From the IMG/VR virus record IMGVR_UViG_3300027969_000050, positions 76,267 through 140,266 of that record: a stretch of 64,000 nt of DNA, one strand, 5' to 3'. Source of the stretch: a virus. A model generated the notes under the pieces. That model had not been told where the DNA came from and did no database searches. It saw nothing but the letters and a program-made list of their open reading frames with translations. A program made the position numbers and the translations under genes. This document shows, piece after piece, positions 43,758-53,699 of the stretch. Within the stretch, counting starts at the first letter, position 1. Each line of letters opens with the position of its first letter.

Positions 43758-45001
43758 TGACCGAGAAAACGTACAATCTTGATCTAGACGCAGAGTTCAT
43801 CAACCACCTTGCGGTTCAAAAGTCCGTTGAGGACATTCAGGGCGAGCAGATTTCTAACAGGCTGCTGGTAGATAAAACCGCTCAAGATATATTCCTATGG
43901 CAGCTTGATCACATCAAGCAACACGGAGAGCCTGCTTCTGGCGCGGTCCTTCAAGACCAGTTCCCTAGGTGGAACTTTGAGGCTCCACAAAGCGCGGTAA
44001 AGGATCTGATTGACCGTCTTCGTGAACGCTTTGTAAGGAACGCCGGTCGAGAGTCCGTGAAGCGGATTGCTGATATGACGGTTGTTGAGCCTCTAGAAAT
44101 GGCAAAGGCCATGATCGAGGAAGGAAGGAACCTAGCCGAGCTTACGACTCGACGAGGCGAAGTAATGGGAACCGGCGATTTCGGAAGGGCAATGTCGGCC
44201 TATGATCGCCGTGTACTTGAAGGCAAAGGCCCAAGCCTAGGATTTGACGAGCTGGACCAGCACTTCTTCGGAATGCGCGGCGTGACCTTCCTTATGGCGG
44301 CGCCAAAGACCTATAAGTCATGGTTCACGATCAACGCCGTTGCCAAAAACATTGCTGGCGGGGGCAACCCCTACCTTTACTCGCTAGAACTTCCAGCGGA
44401 AGAGTCGGACATGCGCCTTCGCTGTATGGCAGCAAACGTTCCCTATTGGAAGTACCTGCACAGCAAGCTAGACAATGACGACCGCAAAAAGATTCGTCAG
44501 GCTTCTGAGATTATGGACGAAAACGGCTCCTACCGAGTAGAGAAGCCTCAAGTTGGAGAGCGCAGTGTTACCCGTATGGTTGAGCGAGCAATCAACTCCG
44601 GGGCAAGCTCAATTTTTATTGACCAGCTCCAATACGTCGAATCATCGGGCGGAGACTCGCTTGGCGCATTGAACAACACTGGAGATTATTTCAACGTCGT
44701 CAACGAGCTGCGAAACTACTCCGACACAATTCCGATCTTGGTTGTTCACCAGTTTAACCGTTCGGTTATGAGTTCTAAGGAAATGCCAGAAATGCAGCAG
44801 GGCAAAGGATCCTCCGCAATTGAAGAGGTCGCCACGCTCGCCCTTGGCCTCTGGGCCAACAAAGAAATGCGGGCAAACAACATTGTCCAGTTAGGAACAC
44901 TGGCCTCAAGAAATTATTCTTATAAAGCTTGGGACATTGACGTTGAGCTGTCTCGCGGAACCTCGTTCACGATGATTGGCGAAACGCAAGACGAAGAATG
45001 A
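43754..45001 (+). CDS. DnaB-like replicative helicase
   Basis: AAPKTYKS, YSLE, IFIDQLQ, HQFNR, GSSAIEE. Confidence 0.85.
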   Translation: MMTEKTYNLDLDAEFINHLAVQKSVEDIQGEQISNRLLVDKTAQDIFLWQLDHIKQHGEPASGAVLQDQFPRWNFEAPQSAVKDLIDRLRERFVRNAGRESVKRIADMTVVEPLEMAKAMIEEGRNLAELTTRRGEVMGTGDFGRAMSAYDRRVLEGKGPSLGFDELDQHFFGMRGVTFLMAAPKTYKSWFTINAVAKNIAGGGNPYLYSLELPAEESDMRLRCMAANVPYWKYLHSKLDNDDRKKIRQASEIMDENGSYRVEKPQVGERSVTRMVERAINSGASSIFIDQLQYVESSGGDSLGALNNTGDYFNVVNELRNYSDTIPILVVHQFNRSVMSSKEMPEMQQGKGSSAIEEVATLALGLWANKEMRANNIVQLGTLASRNYSYKAWDIDVELSRGTSFTMIGETQDEE

Positions 45002-45996
45002 AATACTCAGAATTTGTCCACGACATCGACGTTGAGGCAGTTGAAGAGGAACTTGGCTTAGAGGCTATTGACGTCAAAAAGTCAGAGTCCCGACACTACT
45101 GTCCGTTGCCCAATGGCAATCACAACAACGGCGACACAAGTGGAAAGTTCTACATTAATCGCGATATGCGGGTTTATAACTGCTGGGTTTGCGGAGGCGG
45201 AAACCTAGTCAGTTTGGTCTGCGAGATGAAAGATATCTCGCCAGAAGATGCGATTGAGTGGCTTTGGGGTTTCACCCGCCCAAAAAATCAGTCCACGGAG
45301 CAATTCAAAGACGAGATCATGGACATTCTGTCCGAAGACGATCATCAGGAAGACGTTCTTCCTCATTACTCCGAAAGAGTTCTTGCCAAGTACAAAGACA
45401 ACCACCATTCGTGGTTTGAAGAACGGCACATCTCAGATTCGGTCAAAGAGCGATATGGGGTCTGTTTTGCACCAGACGCAAAACGATACGGACCCGACCA
45501 AATAACCTATGAAGGACCATCAATAATTATTCCTCATTTTTGGCAGGGGCGGCTCGTTGGATGGCAGAACAGATGGTTGTCGTCCACTCGACCCAAATGG
45601 GTTCCTAAATACACCAACACGCCAGACCTGCCAAAGAAACACACGTTGTTTGGATGGGATCAGGTCAAGGACGAGCAGGAGGTTCCTCTTATTATTGTGG
45701 AGTCAGCCCCGACAGTGCTTTTCCTAGCCAGCCAAGGACTGCCAGCGGTCGCAACCTTTGGAGCAAGCGTTAGCGAAGAGCAGATTGCGTACTTGAGGCG
45801 ATTCCAGAGCGGAATTATTATCGCTCCAGATAATGACGCTGCTGGGGCGCATTGTGCGTATGAACTTAGCTCAAGGCTAGATAAATTTATTCCTGTGATG
45901 CAGCTTCCTCCAGTCACTGGCGGCGAGGGATCCGATCTTGGAGACTTAGAACCAAGTCAGCTAAAAGACTTCTTTCAGCAGGTTTATCTCGTATAA
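44998..45996 (+). CDS. DNA primase (Zn finger plus TOPRIM)
   Basis: CPL...H...CWVC; IIVES; PDNDAAG; DLGD. Confidence 0.88.
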   Translation: MKYSEFVHDIDVEAVEEELGLEAIDVKKSESRHYCPLPNGNHNNGDTSGKFYINRDMRVYNCWVCGGGNLVSLVCEMKDISPEDAIEWLWGFTRPKNQSTEQFKDEIMDILSEDDHQEDVLPHYSERVLAKYKDNHHSWFEERHISDSVKERYGVCFAPDAKRYGPDQITYEGPSIIIPHFWQGRLVGWQNRWLSSTRPKWVPKYTNTPDLPKKHTLFGWDQVKDEQEVPLIIVESAPTVLFLASQGLPAVATFGASVSEEQIAYLRRFQSGIIIAPDNDAAGAHCAYELSSRLDKFIPVMQLPPVTGGEGSDLGDLEPSQLKDFFQQVYLV

Positions 45997-46012
45997 CCCG
46001 CACTTAATTGAT

Positions 46013-46171
46013 ATGGGATTCAAGAAATTCAACAGGTCCGAAAAGACTTCAGTCCTTCCTCAAGAAGAACTCAGTGAGATCGAAAAAACGCTCGCTCGCA
46101 CCGGGAAGGCCTCAGTCGCAGACCTATCTGAAAAAGAACGAAAAGAATTATCTAAAAAGCTTGACAGATAG
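46013..46171 (+). CDS. Small hypothetical protein (52 aa, not in ORF track)
   Basis: MGFKKFNRSEK...KKLDR*; preceded by the GGTT-N19-TTAA motif. Confidence 0.55.
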   Translation: MGFKKFNRSEKTSVLPQEELSEIEKTLARTGKASVADLSEKERKELSKKLDR

Positions 46172-46238
46172 TTTTTCGTCCGGTAGTTTGTTGTAGAGCC
46201 TCAAAGAGGCTAATTAAAGATACAGCCTCAAAGAGGCT
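46161..46238 (+). promoter_or_regulatory. SigA-type promoter plus twin leader hairpins
   Basis: TTGACA-17 nt-TAGTTT; AGCCTC-AAA-GAGGCT at 46197 and 46224. Confidence 0.65.
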
Positions 46239-46256
46239 ACAAGACAAGGAGAAAAG

Positions 46257-47222
46257 ATGCCCCAGTTCCAACGCGGTGTGACTGCTATTCAGCAGTCGAT
46301 GAATACCGGAGGGTCAGGCTTTAAGCCATTCGCTCCGGACATTAGTTGGCGGGAAGACGGCGAGTCGAAGTTCATTCAGATTATCTCGCCAGCAGAAGAT
46401 ATTCCAATGGTCTCGCTTCACGACTGGATTCCTGTAGGGACCCACAAGAGCGGCAAGACCAAGTACGAGGCGTTCATGTCTCGCAAGGATGCTGGAATTG
46501 GCGAGAACTACGATGATCTTGAGGATCGTCTTGGGTCGAAGCCTCGTATCCGTGGAATCGGCGTAGCAGTTGAGCTAGAGCCAGTTCTGGAAACCGTTAA
46601 GAACCGTCAGCGGCCCGTTGGGTTTACCGTTAAGCTGGAGACCTACAACCGCAAGAACGCAGAGGGCGTAGAGGAAACCGTAACGGCTCCTCGTGTTGGT
46701 CTGATTACTCAGTCCTCGCATCTGTTCTGGGGCTGGGTTGCCAGCTTTGAAGAGAACAACGCTCCAATCGTCGAGACGCCTTTGCAGGTAACTCGTCGTG
46801 GTAAGTCAACGAACACTCGTTATGACTTTATTGCGTTCGAAGAGAAGCCAGTTGACTTCTCGGCGCTTCTCGACAACATCGATGGTATTTCATATCTAAA
46901 TGGGATGCGCGATGAAGTCAAGACAAGCATCGCATCGGCTGAAAGTGATCTTGACAGCGCGATCATTGTCGGACGTGCAATTCTCGAGCATCGTCTTGAG
47001 GAGCTTGGCGATTGGGACCGTTACAAGGAGCTTATTACTCCAATTCAGGAGCTTAACCTCCGTTTCGGTGGCACTACGCCAACCAAGACAGCAGCGCCAG
47101 TGGCGGCTGTTACACCGCCGTCAGCAGAGGTAGAGGCTGCCTCGCAGCCGGACTCAGCAGCAAGCGCAACAAAGCTTGACGCTTTCCGCAAGCTTCAAGA
47201 GCGTTTGGATACTGACGAGTAA
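46257..47222 (+). CDS. Probable ssDNA-binding protein
   Basis: Position in the replication operon; VTRRGKSTNTRYDF motif typical of gp32-like phage SSBs; flexible tail. Confidence 0.6.
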   Translation: MPQFQRGVTAIQQSMNTGGSGFKPFAPDISWREDGESKFIQIISPAEDIPMVSLHDWIPVGTHKSGKTKYEAFMSRKDAGIGENYDDLEDRLGSKPRIRGIGVAVELEPVLETVKNRQRPVGFTVKLETYNRKNAEGVEETVTAPRVGLITQSSHLFWGWVASFEENNAPIVETPLQVTRRGKSTNTRYDFIAFEEKPVDFSALLDNIDGISYLNGMRDEVKTSIASAESDLDSAIIVGRAILEHRLEELGDWDRYKELITPIQELNLRFGGTTPTKTAAPVAAVTPPSAEVEAASQPDSAASATKLDAFRKLQERLDTDE

Positions 47223-47492
47223 ATGAATTCGCTTACGCCGGAATCCGTTGACTTCGCGTGTGATCGTATCGGAGCTTTTTCGATAATCAATGAGAGCCGA
47301 CCACTAAATGACAAGGTTGAGTCAATTAGCGTCCTTTTAGAGGGACTAGGTATCACTGATGATGTGAAGGAACGCATCAACGAAAGACTGAACGATCTGA
47401 TCACCGATGGAGCGCGGGTTCCGGCGCAGGGCGCAGTTATGTTTGGCATTCTTGTTGGTCTGTGGATGTCCGAATATGCCAACGATGCTTGA
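47223..47492 (+). CDS. Hypothetical protein
   Basis: Coupled ORF in the operon. Confidence 0.6.
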   Translation: MNSLTPESVDFACDRIGAFSIINESRPLNDKVESISVLLEGLGITDDVKERINERLNDLITDGARVPAQGAVMFGILVGLWMSEYANDA

Positions 47493-48387
47493 TCCCTCAG
47501 AGGGGGTCGCAATATTTTCTGATGGGAGCTGCAACACCAAGGACCGGGTTGGCGGTTGGGCTTGGGTCGCTCTAGACGCCTTTGATGGTATTGAGTGTGG
47601 TTCTGGAAGGGTTGAAGACTGCACGAACAACCAGATGGAGCTAAAAGCCGTAAGCGAAGGGTTGAAATATTTACATGACCGCTACGGCAGCAGCATTGTC
47701 ATGATCAATTCTGATAGCAAGTATGTCATTGACAACGCTGTCGATAAGTCCAGAAATCGCAAAGTAAATTTGGATTATTGGAAGACCTTAGATGAGGCCG
47801 AGGCTCTACACGAGCATCTGGCTTATGTTCATGTCAAAGGACATAGTGACAACTTATACAATGAATTTGCTGACCATTTGGCTAACATGGCTAGGAACGG
47901 ATCACCAGCGAAAGCAGCCACAAACACTCCGGCGCAAGCGGCTACCGTTATGGAATGTCCGACCTGTAAAGGCAGTGGTCACGTTGACCCCAAAGAGCTA
48001 GTTAGAAAACTAAACAAAAAATCAGGTGCGGTTGGCGGATCTCATCCCAAAACTGCGAAAAACGCAGCGACGGCAAACATTCCTAGATTTGGTACACAGC
48101 GCTGGAAAATTCTGAACGCCCTTGCAAGCTCAGTTGACGGATTGACAGCGGCTCAGGTTGAAATTCAAATTAAGCAAGCTGGTGTTTGGAATCGAAACGT
48201 AGCGGCAACACGTCTTGGCGAATGTCGAGAGATGGGCTTGGTGACAGCTAAGTTAGACGCAAAGGGCGAGTATGTAACGCGCAGTACCGGTGGTGACAAC
48301 CGAGGTGTCGTTCAATACATTACGGACGCTGGTAGGATGGCGTTGAAAAGTGCCGCTGCCGCCCCCTCCAATAAGGTTACAACATGA
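47476..48387 (+). CDS. rnhA: RNase HI fused to a CxxC motif and a winged-HTH-like domain
   Basis: FSDGSC, TNNQMEL, SDSKYV, HVKGH...NEFAD.LA. Confidence 0.85.
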   Translation: MPTMLDPSEGVAIFSDGSCNTKDRVGGWAWVALDAFDGIECGSGRVEDCTNNQMELKAVSEGLKYLHDRYGSSIVMINSDSKYVIDNAVDKSRNRKVNLDYWKTLDEAEALHEHLAYVHVKGHSDNLYNEFADHLANMARNGSPAKAATNTPAQAATVMECPTCKGSGHVDPKELVRKLNKKSGAVGGSHPKTAKNAATANIPRFGTQRWKILNALASSVDGLTAAQVEIQIKQAGVWNRNVAATRLGECREMGLVTAKLDAKGEYVTRSTGGDNRGVVQYITDAGRMALKSAAAAPSNKVTT

Positions 48388-51300
48388 ACTTTGCCCCAAT
48401 TCACAACCACACTGAGTATTCCGCACTTGATGGTCTTGCGTCTTGTAGAGAAATAGCCGAACGGTGTACACAAATTGGTTGCTCTTGCTGCGGTATCTCT
48501 GATCATGGAACCGTTGCCGGACACCTAGAGTTCGCAAAGGTGATGCAGGAATACAAGATCAAGCCGATCTTTGCCTGTGAGCTTTACCACGGAACCAAGA
48601 CCACCTTCGCTCGCAATGAGCGAGATCAGGCACATTTAGTTGCGGGTGCCTTGGACAACGAGGGTCTTCGCAATCTATGGCGCCTAGTCGATTCAGCGGC
48701 AACAAACTTTCGTTTTGTAAGCCGTGTCAACTGGGACCTGCTCAAGCAGTATTCCGATGGGCTTTTTGCCACTAGCGCTTGTATTCAGGGACTTGTGCAG
48801 CAGGGCATCAAGAACGGCGATCCGTATGACGCCTTGAATCGATACCTAGAGATCTACAGGGACAATTTCTATATCGAACTCCACACCTACCCGATGGAGG
48901 ACCAGAAGGACTACAACTTTGCCCTAGTGCAAATCGCCCAAGAGCGTGGGATCCCAATGATCTACGCGACTGACGCCCACTTCGCCTTTCCTGAGCAGTA
49001 CGAGACTCATGACGCCTATGTGGCAATGCAGACCGGCCAGACCCTTAATACTCCAATTGATGAACGCAAGATGTGGCACCCCAAGAGCCTTTACATTCAA
49101 GACGAGGCTCAGATCAGAGAGTCGCTGTCCTACCTTCCCGATAGCGCTGTTGATGAAGCCTTGACTAATAGCGGTGAGCTGGCCGACAGGTGTAACGCCA
49201 TGCCTCCTGAGATCAAGCGTCATCTTCCTGTTTTCATTCCAAGCGAAAGTCCTTGGCTCGAGTCCAAAAAGACGGCTTCGCAGGTGTTCCTAGATCTCGT
49301 GTCTCAGGGCGTTGTTGAGCGATACGGCGAAGACGCAAGCGATGAGGTCTGGGGAAGGGCGCTTCAAGAGGCAGAGGTTTTCATCGACGCCGGTCTTGAG
49401 CATTATTTCCTTCAGGCTTGGGACTTCTGTCAGTTCTGCGACGCGGAGGGAATTAAGCGGGGTCCGGGACGAGGATCCGCCGCTGGCGCATTGGTTTCTT
49501 ACGCGCTTCGGATTACTGACGTGGATCCGATCAGATACGGGCTGATCTTTGAGCGCTTCTACAACGCTGGGCGAGAAAAAGGCTTTCCCGACATTGATAA
49601 CGACTTTCCCGTCAAGGACCGTAAGCGAGTTCGTGAATACTTGTCGGATCGCTGGGGAGAAAAGGCCGTGCGCCCCATTGGGACGATTACGCGCATGAAG
49701 CCGAAGGGCGCCTGCGACCGCACTTACAAGGTCTTTGGAATCGAGTTCCAAGAGAAGGAAGATCTCAAGAAAATTATTGACACGGTTCCCGACATCAACA
49801 TTCTTGATCACAGGTCAGTCGGTTGGTCGAAAGAGTCCGACCCCGACAAAGAGGTCTACGTTATGAGCAGCGTCGGGTCCAAAATCGCAGATTGGATCGA
49901 AGGCAGTCCAAGCAATCGTCAAGGCACGCTGATTCGATGGGTCGAGGCTCTTGAAACGTTCACCAACCGAGTAGAAAATTACGGCGTTCATGCTTCCGGC
50001 GTCGTTGTGGCTGATTGTGACCTAGCCGCAGAGCTTCCATGCCGCCTCAGCGCAGGCACAGACGGGAAGATGAAGGTAACAATGTTCCCAATGAGCGACG
50101 TGGACGCCAGAATGTTCGTGAAGCAGGATCTCCTAGGACTAGCCAACCTAGACATCTTGGATATCTGGGAAAAGCAAAGTGGCATCGTTATCGAATGGTC
50201 TGGTCTTGAGCTATCAGAAGACATCGATGAGGAAATGTGGAAGTTCTTAGAGAACGGACTGACGCTTGGTGTGTTCCAGATTGAGGACGGATACGGAAGG
50301 CAGCTCTGTAAAGAGTTCAAACCGCGCTCGGTAGAAGACCTAGGGGCGATTGTTGCCATTAACCGACCGGGACCGATCCGCGCAGGTGTTCCTGAGGCGT
50401 ACAAGAAGCGTCTCTACGGCGAAGAGGAGGTCGAAGTAGACCATCCGATCCTAGACTCTATCTTGCAGCCCACATACGGACTATTTATTTATCAGGAGCA
50501 GGTCATGGCGTACTTCAACGCGCTTGGCTACTCGCTAGGTGAAACTGATGCGGTTCGAAAGATTCTTGGCAAGAAGCGCCCACAAGACCTTCAGGCTCTA
50601 AGCGACGGATCTGGGGACTGGACCGACAAGGGCTACTACCAGATGGCCGAGGTGGCAGGGGTCGATAAAGAGGCCGCAGGGGCAATCTGGTCAAAGATTG
50701 AAGGGTTTGCGAAATATTCCTTCAACAAGTCGCACGCCATTTCCTATGCCGTCCTCGCCTTCCGGACCCTGTACGCCAAATACACGTCACCAGCAGAATT
50801 TATTATTGCTGGTATCCGGGTGAACGAGAAGAAGCCAGACCGAGTTTCGAAGTTTGTCTCAGAGGCTCGTCGCATGGGGATCGATGTAATCGCCCCAGAC
50901 ATTCTGGAATCCGAAGTCGATATTTCTACAATCGATGGTCGAGTGACCTTCGGCCTCGTGAACGTAAAGGGCGTCGGCAGTGGAACCGCAGAATATATCG
51001 TTGGCCTACGAAAATTCCACGATCTTTCTAGTCCTGATCTATTCAAGACAGCAATTGAAAAAGAAAAGGCGCTCTGGGAAGAGCGAAAGACAAAGGCCAA
51101 GGAAGACGGCGAGGTCTTCAATGAAAAGTCTCCGAACATGCGAGTCAAGAAAAATGTTATTGACGCAATGGAGAACGCAGGCGTCTGGGACAACTACGTC
51201 AACCGCAACCTCGCCCTTCCGGCGAAGCAGGCTTTTGAGAAAGAGTATCTAAATGTCATCCTCAGCGACGAGTGTGACGAAATCTTTGAACGTCACGCAC

Positions 51301-51590
51301 ATGTTGTATCTGAATGTAATAGTTATTCGGACTTGCATGATATGTTGGAAGATGATAGTCTTACTTTACCGGGCGTAATTACGTCAGTTGTACCTAAAAA
51401 GACTAAGAGGGACTCTTCAGCAATGGGAATTGTCACAATTGAAATGGACAGCGACGAATTAGAGTTTGTCGTGTTCCCAAGGCAATGGAGCGCATATAAG
51501 TTCCTTTGGAAGGAACGAACCCCAGCAATCTTCACCGTCAAAAATGGTGCGCGAGGATTTGTATTTGAGGAGGCTTTGAGACTTGTCTAA
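48384..51590 (+). CDS. dnaE: DNA polymerase III alpha subunit
   Basis: PHP motif HNHTEYSALDG, GRGSAAG, PDIDND, HASG, YSFNKSH, OB-fold C-terminus. Confidence 0.95.
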   Translation: MNFAPIHNHTEYSALDGLASCREIAERCTQIGCSCCGISDHGTVAGHLEFAKVMQEYKIKPIFACELYHGTKTTFARNERDQAHLVAGALDNEGLRNLWRLVDSAATNFRFVSRVNWDLLKQYSDGLFATSACIQGLVQQGIKNGDPYDALNRYLEIYRDNFYIELHTYPMEDQKDYNFALVQIAQERGIPMIYATDAHFAFPEQYETHDAYVAMQTGQTLNTPIDERKMWHPKSLYIQDEAQIRESLSYLPDSAVDEALTNSGELADRCNAMPPEIKRHLPVFIPSESPWLESKKTASQVFLDLVSQGVVERYGEDASDEVWGRALQEAEVFIDAGLEHYFLQAWDFCQFCDAEGIKRGPGRGSAAGALVSYALRITDVDPIRYGLIFERFYNAGREKGFPDIDNDFPVKDRKRVREYLSDRWGEKAVRPIGTITRMKPKGACDRTYKVFGIEFQEKEDLKKIIDTVPDINILDHRSVGWSKESDPDKEVYVMSSVGSKIADWIEGSPSNRQGTLIRWVEALETFTNRVENYGVHASGVVVADCDLAAELPCRLSAGTDGKMKVTMFPMSDVDARMFVKQDLLGLANLDILDIWEKQSGIVIEWSGLELSEDIDEEMWKFLENGLTLGVFQIEDGYGRQLCKEFKPRSVEDLGAIVAINRPGPIRAGVPEAYKKRLYGEEEVEVDHPILDSILQPTYGLFIYQEQVMAYFNALGYSLGETDAVRKILGKKRPQDLQALSDGSGDWTDKGYYQMAEVAGVDKEAAGAIWSKIEGFAKYSFNKSHAISYAVLAFRTLYAKYTSPAEFIIAGIRVNEKKPDRVSKFVSEARRMGIDVIAPDILESEVDISTIDGRVTFGLVNVKGVGSGTAEYIVGLRKFHDLSSPDLFKTAIEKEKALWEERKTKAKEDGEVFNEKSPNMRVKKNVIDAMENAGVWDNYVNRNLALPAKQAFEKEYLNVILSDECDEIFERHAHVVSECNSYSDLHDMLEDDSLTLPGVITSVVPKKTKRDSSAMGIVTIEMDSDELEFVVFPRQWSAYKFLWKERTPAIFTVKNGARGFVFEEALRLV

Positions 51591-52635
51591 AAATCCGTTA
51601 GAAGAAGAAGTAAAGCGCCTAGAGCGCAAATTTGGATACAAAGCAGCGGCTTTGGGTTCAACAGAATTTCAGCTTGATGCCGTGCCAACGGGATCTCTTG
51701 CTTTGGACTACGCCCTTGGAACAGGTGGCTGGCCCTTAGGTCATCCAGTTGAAGTCTTTGGTCAGCCAGATATTGGCAAGTCCTCGGTGATTGGATTCTC
51801 TGCAATTCGTAATGCTCAGAAGATGGGCAAGCTCTGTGCGATCATTGCTGTCGAGCCGGGGTTTGACAGGGAATGGGCAATTAAAAACGGCGTCGATCCA
51901 GACATGCTGATTGTCGTTCGGCCAAATGACGGCGAAGAGGCCTTCAACATGCTTTATGACTTTGTGTCGGGAGACGTTATCGACTTTGTCGTGTTTGACT
52001 CGATTGGGGCAATCCTTAGGCCAAGCGAGGCAGGGGCCGATACAAAACCATCGCAAGGTGGCGCCGCTGTTTTAATCGCTCACGGAATCAAAAACATCTT
52101 GCAGCCCACTTGGAAGAATCGTAAGGGTGTGATCTTCCTGAATCAGGTTCGAGACAACATGCGTTCTCCAATTCCGGGAGCCGTTGAATCTCCGGGCGGC
52201 TGGGCTGTAAAGCACGCGGCAGATATCCGCATTCAGCTAAAAGCTGACGGAATTGGCTACAAGGAAAAGGTCAATGGCGAAGACGTTGTTGTTGGTCGTC
52301 CACTAGTTGCCGTTATTAAGCGCAACAAGTTATCTGAGGGGTCCGACAAGCGAGCAAAGTTTGACTACTATCAGATGGAGACAGAAAACCACTCGATTGG
52401 TATTGACGGGGTCAAAGACGTGCGTCAGGTCGCTGTTAGGACTCAGGTCTTCAATAAGTCAGGTGGATGGCACTATTACGACAAGTTCCCAGACGGGAAA
52501 CTTAATGGCGAGGCAACCGTGGACGTTTGGCTACGAGAGAATCCTAAAGAGTCAGACAAGATCCGAGCCTTGGTGCTAACCGCAATGGTTAAAAAGAACT
52601 CAGAGGCGGCGGCAGAGGCCAAAGATGGCGAGTAG
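51583..52635 (+). CDS. recA: RecA/UvsX-like recombinase
   Basis: PTGSLALDYALG.GG.P, GQPDIGKS, VVFDS, FLNQVR, SPGG. Confidence 0.9.
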   Translation: MSKNPLEEEVKRLERKFGYKAAALGSTEFQLDAVPTGSLALDYALGTGGWPLGHPVEVFGQPDIGKSSVIGFSAIRNAQKMGKLCAIIAVEPGFDREWAIKNGVDPDMLIVVRPNDGEEAFNMLYDFVSGDVIDFVVFDSIGAILRPSEAGADTKPSQGGAAVLIAHGIKNILQPTWKNRKGVIFLNQVRDNMRSPIPGAVESPGGWAVKHAADIRIQLKADGIGYKEKVNGEDVVVGRPLVAVIKRNKLSEGSDKRAKFDYYQMETENHSIGIDGVKDVRQVAVRTQVFNKSGGWHYYDKFPDGKLNGEATVDVWLRENPKESDKIRALVLTAMVKKNSEAAAEAKDGE

Positions 52636-52975
52636 AGGCTCTAAGAAGTGGTACTCGATCCAACACGAGGACTTCGTAGCGACGCGCTACGACGGAGTTC
52701 GCTCACCATCAAGCGGAGCAGCAGAGGCAGACTCGGGCGACGTTCGTACCTCGGAAGAATTATTTGAGTGCAAGATGACCGGACACCCCGGCAAGGAGCC
52801 GAGGAGAAAGTCCACGATGGTAAGGCTTATGGAAAAAATTGCCGACGAGGCATGGGAAGAGGGAAAGAACCCTGCCCTTGCCTACAGGTACTTCGATCCA
52901 AGCAGTAATTTATCCGACAAGGACGGATGGGTTGATCTCGTCGTCCGGAGACTAGGTGATGACGTTGGCAATTAA
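52625..52975 (+). CDS. PD-(D/E)XK Holliday junction resolvase-like protein
   Basis: HE..VA...PSSGA...GDV...FECK. Confidence 0.7.
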   Translation: MASRGSKKWYSIQHEDFVATRYDGVRSPSSGAAEADSGDVRTSEELFECKMTGHPGKEPRRKSTMVRLMEKIADEAWEEGKNPALAYRYFDPSSNLSDKDGWVDLVVRRLGDDVGN

Positions 52976-53699
52976 GTTAGATCAGTCCAAGCTCGTCAAG
53001 AATTTGGTTGTGAAGAATAAGTATGTAACCCATGTTGAAAAGGCTCTTGAAAAAGATGGCGAGTTCACTTGGGACGCAAAATTTGAGCCAAAGCTAGGCG
53101 ACGATGCCTTCCATCCATCGGGAGACTGTACGCCAAGCGTCCATAACCTATGGTTGAAGGTAACTGGACAGGGAGAACCACAGAAGATCGGAAGCTCTCT
53201 CCGAAAGACGTTCGCCGTAGGACACTTCTGGCATGCCTACCTGCAATTTATTACTGTTGAGGTGCTAGGCATTGCAGATTGGGACGCAGTGGAGCGTCGA
53301 GGAGAGACGCGCTGGGGAGAGGGTCCATTTCACTGGGCTACAGGATCCGGAGACATCGCGCCCGCAAAGCTCCCTACATACGGCGACTACCTAATTGACT
53401 TCAAGACCATGAACACGTTCGATTTCCGCAAAAACGGAATGCCTGACTGGACAGCAGACAAGTGGGAATGCCAGACAAATATTTATATGGACTGGTTTGA
53501 CCTAGACAAGGCAATCATCGTTGGAATTCAGAAGGACTCACCGCACGATCTCAAAGAGTTTGAATTTCACCGCAACCAGCCACTAATTGACGCTATCTAT
53601 AAGAAGTGGAAGCTTGTTGGGGCCTGCGTAAAAGAAAATATTGAACCGCCAGAGAACGAGGAGGCCCCGCTACCCCTACAGGGAGCCATTAAGAGGTGA
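52956..53699 (+). CDS. Cas4/RecB-like PD-(D/E)XK exonuclease
   Basis: FHPS, GHFWH, GSGD, IDFKT, Q..IYM. Confidence 0.75.
   Translation: MMTLAIKLDQSKLVKNLVVKNKYVTHVEKALEKDGEFTWDAKFEPKLGDDAFHPSGDCTPSVHNLWLKVTGQGEPQKIGSSLRKTFAVGHFWHAYLQFITVEVLGIADWDAVERRGETRWGEGPFHWATGSGDIAPAKLPTYGDYLIDFKTMNTFDFRKNGMPDWTADKWECQTNIYMDWFDLDKAIIVGIQKDSPHDLKEFEFHRNQPLIDAIYKKWKLVGACVKENIEPPENEEAPLPLQGAIKR

Noticed and set aside
52956-53699. Cas4 as part of a CRISPR-Cas locus
   Set aside because: No array or other cas genes are present; it sits in a recombination operon, as is common for phage exonucleases.
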